Of a stretch of DNA of 44,653 nucleotides, positions 25,773 through 35,906 are shown one piece after another. Origin of the DNA: a virus. The notes beneath the pieces were generated by a model, which was given only the letters and a program-made list of their open reading frames with translations, did not search any database and was not told the DNA's origin. The first letter of the stretch is position 1. Every line of letters begins with the position of its first letter. The position numbers were made by a program, and so were the translations under genes. Where the stretch lies: IMG/VR virus record IMGVR_UViG_3300013179_000001, one strand, 5' to 3'.

Positions 25773-26061
25773 CTATCACGAATTGTTTAAGCAGATAGCG
25801 GCGGCGCCGCAGGTGCAAGAAGCCTCTCGGAAGAAGGCGGAGCAGGTGAAAAAGTACATTGAACTTCGCTGGCCCGAAGTCAATGAGCTTTCCTCTCGCG
25901 ATAAAGCCTTCCTCCATGAAAGCGGGGACGTTGTGAAAATCACCCGCGCTACTCGCGGCACGAATCGCCCTACGCATGTGGTGACGGTTCGTCATCCTGG
26001 TGCGGTGGCAAAGCAGGCGAAGGACGGTTTCGTGACGAAGGCGGTGAAGGATGCATCCTGA
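25762..26061 (+). CDS. Putative tail-completion/neck protein
   Basis: GTG 25762 in frame of track ORF, overlaps upstream stop; gene order. Confidence 0.35.
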   Translation: MSLNYHELFKQIAAAPQVQEASRKKAEQVKKYIELRWPEVNELSSRDKAFLHESGDVVKITRATRGTNRPTHVVTVRHPGAVAKQAKDGFVTKAVKDAS

Positions 26062-26482
26062 GTTTGGCCTAACCCCTGACCCGCCCGCCCTGGTACACAA
26101 GCACGTTCTAAGGCTCATCCCGGAAGCGGACCATGACATGGTTCATTTTCATTTCTTGCCGGATGGTTACAACTGTCACCAGGATGGTTTAGCCATCGTG
26201 GTCAGTAGTGACGTGCAAGATGTAGATGATTCCGCCCACTCGCGTGACCTCGTGAAGGTCAGCGTGTACGGGCCGGATCATATGATGGTTCGTCGCTATG
26301 GGAGGAGCCTTTACACAGCCTTGACACAGGGCATGACAGGAATTGGTCTTGGCGTGTCTCGGTCTGACTCGAAGTTCTTCGGTTCGGGCCCGTCGTATCA
26401 GCCAACTGGGTTCGTGTCGACGATGAGTTTGTCGGTCGGTATCGGCAAGCTTTTCTTCCAGTCGCCGGCGCGAACAAATTAA
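26051..26482 (+). CDS. Putative tail terminator/neck protein
   Basis: ATG with GAAGG RBS; gene order before major tail protein. Confidence 0.4.
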   Translation: MHPEFGLTPDPPALVHKHVLRLIPEADHDMVHFHFLPDGYNCHQDGLAIVVSSDVQDVDDSAHSRDLVKVSVYGPDHMMVRRYGRSLYTALTQGMTGIGLGVSRSDSKFFGSGPSYQPTGFVSTMSLSVGIGKLFFQSPARTN

Positions 26483-26554
26483 TCCGCACATTTTTCTTTT
26501 GCCACCTCGAAGGTCGGGGTGGTTATTTTTATGTCCTTTTGAAAGGGGATAACA

Positions 26555-27379
26555 ATGGCTAAGAATCGTAGCGTTGGCCTTGACCTGCGCGTCCTGGAGG
26601 ACCGTGAGGTACTGGTCAACTTCTCCGATGATCCGATTATCGACAAGAAGACCGGCGCGTTTGTCGGCGAGTGGGAATCCCTCGGCCTAGAGCCGACCGA
26701 TTCTCAGCATGGACACACTCGCGAGGTTTCCTCCAATACCACCAACCTGACCGGTGGTCAGTCTTCTACCTCCTACACCGCTGGTGCTATCACCGGCGCT
26801 GTGGACGGTATCGCTGGCTCCCCGGTCATGCGCTACATCGAGAACCCGGGCGCGGTGGTCCAGGATGGCACCACCTACGGCAAGCACTCCGATGAGGTGG
26901 CCAAGGGTTACGTGGCCTTCGTTCACAAGTTCACCTCTGGCCTGGTGCGTATCTGGGTGTCTCGCGAGAAGGCCGACCTGGTGGTTAACGAGCGCGTTAC
27001 CGCTAAGGACCCGCAGGCCCGCCCAGTTCAGATTACGTTCAACAACGGTGACGATGAGCGCTACTACGAGGAGCGTTTCTACATCGTCGGAGAGGATGGC
27101 TCTGTGGTCCGCGTTGAGGAAAAGGTCTTCCGGGATGTTGCAGATGTGCAGGCCCAGATTGAGGCCGGCACTGCATTCCACCCGCAGGCTTCCGCCAATG
27201 GCCTTACCGCCATGGTTGTTACGGATGACGAGTCCGGCGACGTGACCTTGCATGAGTATAAGGACCCGGAGACTGGTGAGACTGCGGAGAACGACAATGA
27301 AGGCGTTCGCCCGTCGGATGAGCCGTCTGCTCCGTCTGACTCCGGTGAGACTACCGGTGAGGCTGGCGCCGAAGCGTAG
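26555..27379 (+). CDS. Major tail protein
   Basis: 274 aa; strong RBS GAAAGGGGATAACA; precedes chaperones and tape measure; acidic C-terminal extension. Confidence 0.6.
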   Translation: MAKNRSVGLDLRVLEDREVLVNFSDDPIIDKKTGAFVGEWESLGLEPTDSQHGHTREVSSNTTNLTGGQSSTSYTAGAITGAVDGIAGSPVMRYIENPGAVVQDGTTYGKHSDEVAKGYVAFVHKFTSGLVRIWVSREKADLVVNERVTAKDPQARPVQITFNNGDDERYYEERFYIVGEDGSVVRVEEKVFRDVADVQAQIEAGTAFHPQASANGLTAMVVTDDESGDVTLHEYKDPETGETAENDNEGVRPSDEPSAPSDSGETTGEAGAEA

Positions 27380-27513
27380 TTAATTCGGATGGGCCTTGCG
27401 TCTTTCGTGGTGATTCCGCGTAAGGCCCTACCTAAGACTTTTGTCTAGGAATCACCGCCCAGTTTGGCCCCGTAGAGTGCGGGGCCGTATTTAATTCCAT
27501 AGGAGGAATCACC

Positions 27514-27852
27514 ATGGCACAGAAGAAGAACACTGACCAGGTTGAGGTCGTGAAGAACGAGACCAACAAGAATGCTGGCGGTGAGGGCCAGATTGCTGAC
27601 GGTATTTACACCGAGCGTGAAGTTGAGCTGCTTAATGGTGTGAAGGTGGATATTGAGGTCATTGTTGACCGCGATATGCTGCCGGCCTCTGTATCGTCCC
27701 TGGCGCATGAGGGCAATATTGAGGGAATGCTGATGGCTCAGCTGACCGCTAAGACCCGTAAGTTGCTGGATTGGACTGGCGCTACACGTAAGGACCTGCA
27801 TGAGGTTATTGCGCCGGTTGTTCAGCGTGGCACGGAGTTGGCTGATAAGTAG
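27514..27852 (+). CDS. Tail assembly chaperone
   Basis: 112 aa acidic protein in canonical position; RBS TAGGAGGAATCACC. Confidence 0.5.
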   Translation: MAQKKNTDQVEVVKNETNKNAGGEGQIADGIYTEREVELLNGVKVDIEVIVDRDMLPASVSSLAHEGNIEGMLMAQLTAKTRKLLDWTGATRKDLHEVIAPVVQRGTELADK

Positions 27853-28550
27853 TGTCTGCCCGGCTGATTCTTGAGGATGAGCCGGGTGCTTGGGTGGAAT
27901 TCACCTGCGGTGGGGTTCGTTATAGGGCGTGTCGTGACCCGATGTTTCTCGGGTTTGAGGACTTGGGGCAGATGTTGGAGAATCCGCGTTTGTTGTGGCG
28001 TCTTTTTGATGAATCATCGCGGGTGAAGTCCATGACCGCAGCCATGATTTCCGGAGGCCTTACTGAGCAGTTGAAGGCTTATCTCCAGGCCTGCGGGTTG
28101 AGTATTTTTAAGCTCGCCCTGGCTGCTCACGCGGTGGAAGATATTGACCTTCTTGAGGTTGATTTACTGCGCATTGGTTTGGATGTTCGGGATTGGCTGG
28201 ACCCTGAGGGGCCGTTGTCTACGCGCCGGGTTGTGGCCTTGTATCAGGACTTGCTGGACCGGCCGGAGTCTCGCGTTGGGGCTAAGCGCATGGATATTAA
28301 GCCGGCTGATAAGGCTGCTTTGGCTGTGGCGTTGTTCCAGTCGAGTCAGATGGATAAGGGCTTTGAGCACCCGTTTTTGAAGTCTCCTACTGATTTGGAG
28401 CAGGAGGCGGAGCAGGCGCGTATCGCCGCGGAGAAGCGTGAGCGTATGGGGCAGGACCGGCGTCGTGTGTTGTCGGATGGTTCTGGTCGTTCGTTTAAGT
28501 CGTCGCAGGCGGAGTCTTTGCGCATGCTTGAGGATTTGAGACCCACCTAG
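27852..28550 (+). CDS. Second tail assembly chaperone-like protein (separate ORF, GTG start overlapping upstream TAG)
   Basis: Position before tape measure; -1 frame relative to upstream gene but closed by TAA two codons upstream of GTG. Confidence 0.4.
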   Translation: MSARLILEDEPGAWVEFTCGGVRYRACRDPMFLGFEDLGQMLENPRLLWRLFDESSRVKSMTAAMISGGLTEQLKAYLQACGLSIFKLALAAHAVEDIDLLEVDLLRIGLDVRDWLDPEGPLSTRRVVALYQDLLDRPESRVGAKRMDIKPADKAALAVALFQSSQMDKGFEHPFLKSPTDLEQEAEQARIAAEKRERMGQDRRRVLSDGSGRSFKSSQAESLRMLEDLRPT

Positions 28551-28577
28551 TTCGTGGGGGGATGAGAGGTTTTTAAT

Positions 28578-31500
28578 ATGGCTGCTGGTTTCGTATCAGT
28601 CCCGGTTATCCCAACGTTCAAAGGCATGTCTAAGGAGTTTGCTGAGCGTTTGGAGAAGCCGGCTAAGGCTTCCGGTGAGCGTGCCGGTAAAGCCATGTCC
28701 GAGGGCATGGAATCAGCGGTTGAGAATCTTGAGCGCCAGGTTAAGGCGTCCTCCTCTAAGCTGCAGGACCTGGACCGCGCTTATGAGAAGTCTGCATCCA
28801 AGCAAGCAGCCCAGAAGGAAAAGCTGGAGGCCGCAACCCTGAAACTTCAGGACGCCGAGGATAAGTACCAGGCGGCTTTGGAAAAGGGCGATAAGGGTCT
28901 AGCCGAGTTGGCGAAGGTCAAGGAGGCTAAGGCTCGTGTTATCGGCGAGACTGAGAAGATGGAGCAGGCTGAGATTGATGTCCGTGTTGCCGAGCAAAAG
29001 CACAAGGACCAGCTCGATGACCTGAACTCCACTCTGGCGAAGCTGCAGGATTCGCAGTCTGACCTGAACCGTGAATTGGAGAAGTCCGGCGGTGCTTTTG
29101 GTAGCGCTAAGGACCGTATCCAGTCGATGGCTGATTCTGCGAAGAATGGCGCCGTGAAGTTTGGTGAGTTCGCACAGAAGTATAAGTTCCATGCGTCTGC
29201 CGCTTTGGGCGGCATTGGTCTGCTTGCTAAGCAGTCGATGGAGTATGCCTCTGAGGCGGAGCAATCGTATGGCGCGGTTGAGTCTATTTTTGCCGACCAT
29301 GCGCAGGGCATTATTGATAATTCGAAGCGTGCCGCTACTGAGGTCGGGGTCTCGGGCCGTGAGTATCGTGAGCTGGCGGCAAATATGGGCGCGATGCTCA
29401 AAAATATGGGCATGCCCATGGATGAGGTCGCGGACAAGTCCGAGAATCTTGTGGGCGTGGCCGCTGACCTGGCCGCCACTTTCGGCGGTACTACTAAGGA
29501 AGCCGTGGAGTCGGTGACTTCGCTGCTGCGCGGCGAGACTGACCCTATCGAGAAGTACGGCGTCTCGATTAAGCAGGCAGACATTAACGCCCGCATGGCC
29601 GCAGACGGTCTAGACGATTTAACCGGTGAGGCAGAGAAGCAGGCGAAAGCACAGACCCTGTTGAAGCTGTTGACTGAGCAGACCGCTAGTGCGCAGGGCC
29701 AATTCGCTCGTGAGACGGATACGGCGGCTCATAAGCAGCAGGTTGCGACCGCAAAATACAACGACGCTAAAGAAGCTATTGGTACGGCACTGCTGCCACT
29801 AATGGCGGAGTTCGCTGATAAGGCCGCTAATGTGGCGAAAGTGGTGGGGGAGCACCCGAAGATATTTCTTGCTGTGGCGGGCGCTATCGGTACTTTCTCT
29901 GCCGCCGTGGTTACCGCTGCTACTGTGGCTCCAATTTTCCAATGGATTGGTGGAACGTCTGCTTTCGCCGCGGGCGGTCTATCTGGTTTCGCTGCTGCCG
30001 CCTGGGCAGTTATCGCCCCTATCGCTGCTGTGGTGGCCGCGGTCGGTGCAGTAGGTGTCGCCCTGTGGGCTTTCTTCACTAAGACCGAGGTAGGCCGTGA
30101 CCTGTGGGATAAATTCGTGGGCGCCCTGAAGGACGGCTGGGACTGGATTTCTGGCGTGTTCGCTGCTGGCTGGGATTGGCTGGCCGATAAGATTGGCGGC
30201 TTTTTTGGCTGGTTCAGTGACGCCTGGAATGGACTATGGGACCTGTTTGTCAACCGTGACTACACGTCGGTCCTCAAGGATGTCTTCGGCTGGGATGAAG
30301 ACTCCGCCGCGGTGGACTACATCTTCCGTGTGCGTGATGCCTTCACTGGGCTGATGGATAAGGTGTCCTACGTCAAGAGCACCGTCGTGTCTGCCTGGGG
30401 TGAGATGGTTTCCGCTTTCAAGGGCGGCGACGACGGCTACGTTGGCATAGCCCGAATCGTGGGCGCGGATAAGGCCGAATGGATAGTAGGCAAGCTCCAC
30501 GAAGTGGGAGACGCACTATCCAAACTGCCTGACCTGGCATCCGGCGTTTGGGACATCCTTTTCAAGGGCGACTACACCGGCTTGCCATTCGGTCTGGAAG
30601 AGGACTCGGGCGTGGTCGACTTCCTATTCGACATCCGCGAAGCCGTGCAGGGCCTGTGGGACTTCTTGCAGGAGAAGCGCGACCAACTGGCCGCTTTATT
30701 GCAGCCCGTGGTTCAGTTCATGGCCGGGGCTATGCGCGACGTAATTTCTTCGCTCGGCGATATTTTCAAGTCGTTGTGGGATTCCCTGAAATCGGTAGGT
30801 GAGTCGCTAGGGTCCGCCCTGGGCAGCGTTGCTGTTTCCTTGTTTGAGTCGCTAGTTTCTGTCATCCAGTCTTTGTGGAAGGCCTTCCAATCCCTGTGGG
30901 AGGCGGTAAAGCCAATTGGTGAGTTCTTCATCAAACTCCTGCTGCCTATTTTGAAGGTCGTGGGTGCGGTCATCGGCGGCGTTGTTGTCGGTGCCGTGTT
31001 CCTCTTCATTGAGGCGTTGAAGATTGTGGCTGAGGTTCTTGCGTGGGTTGCGGATAAGTTTGCGTGGCTCATGGAGAATGTTCTTGGCCCGTTTATTGAG
31101 ATTCTGGGCCAGGTCGCCGCATTCATTATCGATACTGTTGTGTCGGCGTTTACGTGGCTGGCCGAGAAGGTCATGGCTGTATTCACGACCGTTTTGGAGT
31201 GGATTGGTTCGTTCCTGACCTTTATGCAGGAGAATTTCTGGCCTGTTGTTGAAGCCATTCTGGGCTTCGTGGGTGATGCTTTCACAGCCTTGTGGGACGG
31301 TTTGTCTTGGGCTTGGGAGAACGTTATTCAGCCGGTGTTTAACGGGATTTTGGAGCTGGCGAAAATCACGATTGGTGTTATCGCCACCATTATTCTGACG
31401 CCGCTGCTTATCGCCTGGAATCTTCTTTCGTCTGCTATTCAGTGGGCGTGGGAGAACGTTATCCAGCCGGTGTGGCAGGCACTATCGGACTTCGCCATGA

Positions 31501-34500
31501 ATACCCTGTGGCCCGCTCTGCAAAGCGTGTTCCAGTGGATTGGTGATGCGTGGCAGTGGCTGTCGGATAAGTTCTCCGAGGTATGGGGCTGGATTCGAGA
31601 CAACGTCCTAAACCCCATGGTGGACTTCTTCCAGAACACTCTGTGGCCTGCTATCCAGTCCGTGATTGATTGGATTGTCGATAAGTGGAACTGGCTGTCC
31701 GAGACCCTGTCCACGATGTGGGGCTGGATTTACGACAACGTCATCCAGAATGTCATTGATGGCTTCCACGCCATCTGGGACGCAGTATCCGCTGTTGCCG
31801 GGTGGATTGCCGACAAGTGGAACTGGCTCTACGGCGTTCTGCTTAACATCTGGAACTGGCTGAATGAGAACGTCATCCAGCGTCAGATTCGTGGGTTCCA
31901 CCGCATTTGGGAAGCCGTCTTGTCTGTCGCTGGTTGGATTGCTGACAAGTGGCAGTGGATGTCCGACCGTCTGCACGCCGGGTGGGTATGGGTCGATGAG
32001 AATGTACTCGGCCCGTTCAAGCGCGGCCTGGACGTGCTCAAGGGCTGGTTCCGCTCCACGGTTGACAACATCGGCCGAATTTGGGATGGCATCAAGGAAA
32101 AGACCAAGGCCCCGGTCCAGTTCGTTGTGGATGTGGTCTACAACGGCGGTATCCGTAAGGCATGGAATGCTGTTGCTGGTCTTGTCGGTCTGGATAAGCT
32201 CAAGGAGATTAAGTTCGCCACTGGCGGTGTGCTGCCTGGCTATACCCCGGGTCGTGACCCGTACACCTTTGTGGACCCACGCACTGGCATGCGTATTGGC
32301 CTGTCCGGTGGTGAGGCAATCATGCGTCCAGAGTGGACTCGCGCCATGGGTGGCCCCAAGGCCATCGAACGGATGAATCGGGCCGCGACCCGTGGTGAGT
32401 TCGCCTCCCCAGATTTCTGGGGAGGCAAGATGCCCGCCACTTATGGGGACCCGCGCCTGGATTCCATGAGCAACATTCCTAACCCCGAGGCCCACCACCC
32501 GGTGAGCCGGTCTAACCTGCAGAAGGCTATGCAGGCGCATAGGGAGGCGCTGCTGCGTCAGCAGTTCGCGTCTGGCGGTATCTACACTCCGACGCCACAG
32601 GAGAACAGCCAGTTGGGTGGAGCGGCGGTCAACCGCTCGTTGTGGATTGCGGCCAAGACCGCATTCCCGAATGCTCACCTGAACGCGGCCAAGACTGACC
32701 ACCAGGACGATGGCGGCTACCACCCACGCGGTCAGGCCATCGACTTGGGTGGTCCGATGCAGCAGATGGCTAACTGGATCTTCTCCAAGTGGCCAAAGAC
32801 TGCACAGTTGATTTACGGCCCAGGTCCCCTTGCCTTATGGGGTCGAACTGGTCACGTGGACCCGAAGGATCAGGCGGCCATCCGCTCCGCGTACGGCCCG
32901 GGCACCATAGCCGGTCACTACGACCACGTGCACTGGGCATCCGATGGCATCGTAACTTCCGACGGCCTGATGGTCTCGGATGATGGTGCGTCGGACGGTG
33001 GCTTCAACATCATGAACGCCATCAAGGGGCTGTGGGACCGGGCCATCGAGAAGATTGGCAAGTTCCCAGGCGCTGAGAACTTTGGAGAGTTCGGTAAGTT
33101 GCCCGCAGCCATGGCCAAGAAGATGATCGACGCCGCCTGGAAGTTCGTATCTGACAAGGCGGGTAAGTTCGATGGCGCGTCTGGTACCTCGGGCAACGTC
33201 GAGTCCTGGCGCGAAATGGCCATGGCAGCGATGCGTCGCAACGGTTTCAACGCGGACGACCCGGCCCAGGTGAATGCGATGATGGCCCAGATTCAGTCCG
33301 AATCAGGTGGTAATCCGGGCATCATGCAGAACGGGTACGTGGACGTGAACACCGGCGGCAATGAAGCCGTGGGTCTCCTGCAGATTGTCCCCGGCACGTT
33401 CGAGTCGCACCGTGACCCCACGTTGCCAAATGATCGCACGGACCCGTGGGCGAATATGAACGCGGCCCTGCGTTATTACCGGTCTAAGTACGGTGACGAC
33501 CTGACCACTATGTGGGGCCATGGTCATGGCTACGCCTCTGGTGGTGTGGTTGAGCTGCCTAAGTTGTATGACCAGGGCGGCTGGCTGCCGCATGGTGGGT
33601 TCGCGCAGAACCTGTCTGGTAAGCCGGAGCCGGTGTTCACCGCGTCGCAATGGTCTAGCCTTTCGGACATGATCCGCACGCTGGGCGACCTGGTCCCAGC
33701 AATTAAGGGCCAGGCTGATGTGATTGCTAAGGCTGTCGATGATGCGCAAGCATGGTTGGCGAAGGCCGGCGATTACAACAGCATCGAGGGGATTAACGCC
33801 CGCCAGGGTGTGCGCCGTGTCCTTGATTTGGGCCTGGACTTGCCGGGCTCTGACATCGTCAAGATGGTTCTTGATGGTGAGGACACTTTGTGGGAGTCTC
33901 GCGCCCGCGCTGCTAAAAATATGGACACCATCGTCGAGAAAGAAAAGGCGTTAGAAGAAGCCCGGAAGGCTGTCGCTGATTTAAACGACAAGCCGGAAGG
34001 CGTGTCCGAAGATGACCAGAAGAAAATCGACGAGGCACAAAAAGCCCTCGATGACGCTAAGGCCGAAAAGGCTAAGGCAGAATCGGACGATGACCGTGCT
34101 AAGGCTGCGGACAAGGTCACCGAAGCGGAAAAGAAACTCAAGGATGTTCGTGAGGAGGTGGACAAGAACTCCGAGGAGAACGCCAAGAAACACGCCGAAG
34201 AAGTCACTAAGGCTAACGAGGCTGTTTCCAAGGCGGAGCAGGAGTTAGCGGACGCCCGTAAGAAGCAGGCCATGGACCTAGACAACGTTGTGTTGCTGTC
34301 CCAGGGACAGATTAAGGGCATGATTCCGCAGGCTAAGCAGCTGGCTGACCAGTTGATTGGTATGGGTGCTCCGGCTCAGGCGGTCAACGCTGGTTTGGGC
34401 CAGGTGACGGGGCAGCTTATGCAGTTGGCTGGTTTTGCTGGCCCGGCGGGTATCACCCTGGGCATGGCTATGGACATGCTCAAGGTGGGCATTGGGATTA

Positions 34501-35906
34501 TCAAGGCGATTGTTGGTGCGATTGAGGACCTTATCGCCAAGATTCGCAAGGCCCGCCTGGACGCGCTGAAGGCTTTGTCCGATGGGTGGTCTGTGATTGC
34601 GGATTACGCGAAGCTGATAGTTGACCTGCAGGGCAAGGTCACTACTTTGCAGCAGGCGTTGATTCGTGGTGCGAATGCGCAGCGTGAAGCCGAGTACAAC
34701 CTCATGCTGGCGCAGCATGACCGCTACATTGCGGAAGCAGAAGGGGCACTGAAGGTGGCAGAGGCCCGCCTTGCCCTAGATGCGGAAATTAAGCGCGGCG
34801 CCACAATCGCCCAGCTGAAGATGATGGGACTGCACGAGGACTGGGATTCCTACATGGCTTACCAGGCCTTGGAAGCTCAGGGCGTGCTGCAGGAATGGTC
34901 GGATGCGGCTATTTCTGCGCTGTTTACGTACGAGAAGGCGCGTGCTGAAGCCCTGAAGGGTGAGGTTACTGCCCGTCTTGAACAGATTAAGGCAGAGGCC
35001 GCTTTGGCTGAGGCGCAGCGTGAGAATGTGCGTAATCAGCAGGACCTGTTGAAGGCGCAGGAGCGTCTGATTCGTATGTCTGCGAAGGTCGCCGGCGTTG
35101 ACCTTGTTGATGCTACTGGTACGGCCCAGGTGGCGAAGCTCATGGCTGAAATGGCTGAGGTCAAGCAGGCCATGGACAAGAACACCTTTGGCCGGTGGGG
35201 TGCCGCCTTGGGTGCTCGTGGTAGTTATGCGAATGAGTACCGTGGCCAGCAGGCGCAGTACGATTCGCTGCAGCAGGCGCTCGATGCGGTGCTTGCAGAA
35301 ACTGGCGTGCAGATTGACCGCGGCAATCTTGACCGTGTTCTGAAGTTGATGGGTCGTGCTGCTTACCGTGGCGGTGACCCGACGGCGGTTCTTCGCGCCC
35401 AGCTGCCGGAGCTCGCGCAGGCGGAAACAGCACTCAAGATTAACGAGTCGCTGAAACCGGTGTATGAGGCCCGAGACCAGCGGGACGATTTAGCCCGCAA
35501 GGTTGAGGACTTCACCGCCGAGATTGACCTGTACGAGAAGACCACCCCGTTGGAGCACACGCTTAAGGGGCTGGACTACACGATTAAATCGTTGGAGCAG
35601 TCCTCGCAAGCATGGGCTGAGGGTAACGAGGAGCTACGCGGCGAGTACTTGGCCGCGGCTAAGGCGAATCGTGACGCAGCTGAATCGGCTGGTGTGAATT
35701 GGAAACTGGACTCGAAGTACGCGAATGCGGGTGTTCGGGACCAGATTCGTCGCGAGACGACGATTCACCTTGATGGGGAGAAGATGTACACGGCGGACCA
35801 GATTGACCAGTTGTTGGCTGAGGTTACGGCTGGAACTAATGGTTCGTATCGGATTGTGCGTTCGGCTAGTGAGGTTGCTGTGTCTCGTAGGAAGGAGCGG
35901 GTCTAA
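28578..35906 (+). CDS. Tape measure protein (2442 aa) with TM segment, W-rich tandem repeats, LAS/M15-like zinc-peptidase motif, SLT lytic-transglycosylase motif and long C-terminal coiled coil
   Basis: N-terminal coiled coil; hydrophobic block ~29860-30075; repeats 31300-32040; HPRGQAIDLGG + GHYDHVHWAS (~32711-32943); QIQSESGGNPGIMQNG...VGLLQIVPGTF (~33286-33400); K/E-rich coiled coil 33890-35900. Confidence 0.85.
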   Translation: MAAGFVSVPVIPTFKGMSKEFAERLEKPAKASGERAGKAMSEGMESAVENLERQVKASSSKLQDLDRAYEKSASKQAAQKEKLEAATLKLQDAEDKYQAALEKGDKGLAELAKVKEAKARVIGETEKMEQAEIDVRVAEQKHKDQLDDLNSTLAKLQDSQSDLNRELEKSGGAFGSAKDRIQSMADSAKNGAVKFGEFAQKYKFHASAALGGIGLLAKQSMEYASEAEQSYGAVESIFADHAQGIIDNSKRAATEVGVSGREYRELAANMGAMLKNMGMPMDEVADKSENLVGVAADLAATFGGTTKEAVESVTSLLRGETDPIEKYGVSIKQADINARMAADGLDDLTGEAEKQAKAQTLLKLLTEQTASAQGQFARETDTAAHKQQVATAKYNDAKEAIGTALLPLMAEFADKAANVAKVVGEHPKIFLAVAGAIGTFSAAVVTAATVAPIFQWIGGTSAFAAGGLSGFAAAAWAVIAPIAAVVAAVGAVGVALWAFFTKTEVGRDLWDKFVGALKDGWDWISGVFAAGWDWLADKIGGFFGWFSDAWNGLWDLFVNRDYTSVLKDVFGWDEDSAAVDYIFRVRDAFTGLMDKVSYVKSTVVSAWGEMVSAFKGGDDGYVGIARIVGADKAEWIVGKLHEVGDALSKLPDLASGVWDILFKGDYTGLPFGLEEDSGVVDFLFDIREAVQGLWDFLQEKRDQLAALLQPVVQFMAGAMRDVISSLGDIFKSLWDSLKSVGESLGSALGSVAVSLFESLVSVIQSLWKAFQSLWEAVKPIGEFFIKLLLPILKVVGAVIGGVVVGAVFLFIEALKIVAEVLAWVADKFAWLMENVLGPFIEILGQVAAFIIDTVVSAFTWLAEKVMAVFTTVLEWIGSFLTFMQENFWPVVEAILGFVGDAFTALWDGLSWAWENVIQPVFNGILELAKITIGVIATIILTPLLIAWNLLSSAIQWAWENVIQPVWQALSDFAMNTLWPALQSVFQWIGDAWQWLSDKFSEVWGWIRDNVLNPMVDFFQNTLWPAIQSVIDWIVDKWNWLSETLSTMWGWIYDNVIQNVIDGFHAIWDAVSAVAGWIADKWNWLYGVLLNIWNWLNENVIQRQIRGFHRIWEAVLSVAGWIADKWQWMSDRLHAGWVWVDENVLGPFKRGLDVLKGWFRSTVDNIGRIWDGIKEKTKAPVQFVVDVVYNGGIRKAWNAVAGLVGLDKLKEIKFATGGVLPGYTPGRDPYTFVDPRTGMRIGLSGGEAIMRPEWTRAMGGPKAIERMNRAATRGEFASPDFWGGKMPATYGDPRLDSMSNIPNPEAHHPVSRSNLQKAMQAHREALLRQQFASGGIYTPTPQENSQLGGAAVNRSLWIAAKTAFPNAHLNAAKTDHQDDGGYHPRGQAIDLGGPMQQMANWIFSKWPKTAQLIYGPGPLALWGRTGHVDPKDQAAIRSAYGPGTIAGHYDHVHWASDGIVTSDGLMVSDDGASDGGFNIMNAIKGLWDRAIEKIGKFPGAENFGEFGKLPAAMAKKMIDAAWKFVSDKAGKFDGASGTSGNVESWREMAMAAMRRNGFNADDPAQVNAMMAQIQSESGGNPGIMQNGYVDVNTGGNEAVGLLQIVPGTFESHRDPTLPNDRTDPWANMNAALRYYRSKYGDDLTTMWGHGHGYASGGVVELPKLYDQGGWLPHGGFAQNLSGKPEPVFTASQWSSLSDMIRTLGDLVPAIKGQADVIAKAVDDAQAWLAKAGDYNSIEGINARQGVRRVLDLGLDLPGSDIVKMVLDGEDTLWESRARAAKNMDTIVEKEKALEEARKAVADLNDKPEGVSEDDQKKIDEAQKALDDAKAEKAKAESDDDRAKAADKVTEAEKKLKDVREEVDKNSEENAKKHAEEVTKANEAVSKAEQELADARKKQAMDLDNVVLLSQGQIKGMIPQAKQLADQLIGMGAPAQAVNAGLGQVTGQLMQLAGFAGPAGITLGMAMDMLKVGIGIIKAIVGAIEDLIAKIRKARLDALKALSDGWSVIADYAKLIVDLQGKVTTLQQALIRGANAQREAEYNLMLAQHDRYIAEAEGALKVAEARLALDAEIKRGATIAQLKMMGLHEDWDSYMAYQALEAQGVLQEWSDAAISALFTYEKARAEALKGEVTARLEQIKAEAALAEAQRENVRNQQDLLKAQERLIRMSAKVAGVDLVDATGTAQVAKLMAEMAEVKQAMDKNTFGRWGAALGARGSYANEYRGQQAQYDSLQQALDAVLAETGVQIDRGNLDRVLKLMGRAAYRGGDPTAVLRAQLPELAQAETALKINESLKPVYEARDQRDDLARKVEDFTAEIDLYEKTTPLEHTLKGLDYTIKSLEQSSQAWAEGNEELRGEYLAAAKANRDAAESAGVNWKLDSKYANAGVRDQIRRETTIHLDGEKMYTADQIDQLLAEVTAGTNGSYRIVRSASEVAVSRRKERV

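Noticed and set aside
27514-28550. Programmed -1 frameshift (G/GT-type) between the two tail assembly chaperone ORFs
   Set aside because: The downstream frame is closed by TAA two codons before its GTG start and no slippery heptamer precedes it; treated as two separate genes
31608-32723. Long antisense ORFs nested in late genes (31608-32723, 12272-12805, 26687-27253, 28847-29596, 35634-36428, 37012-37662 and 39044-39901, all minus strand)
   Set aside because: Arg/His/Pro-rich composition, no RBS, fully embedded in well-supported sense-strand genes; typical stop-codon-poor antisense frames of GC-rich DNA
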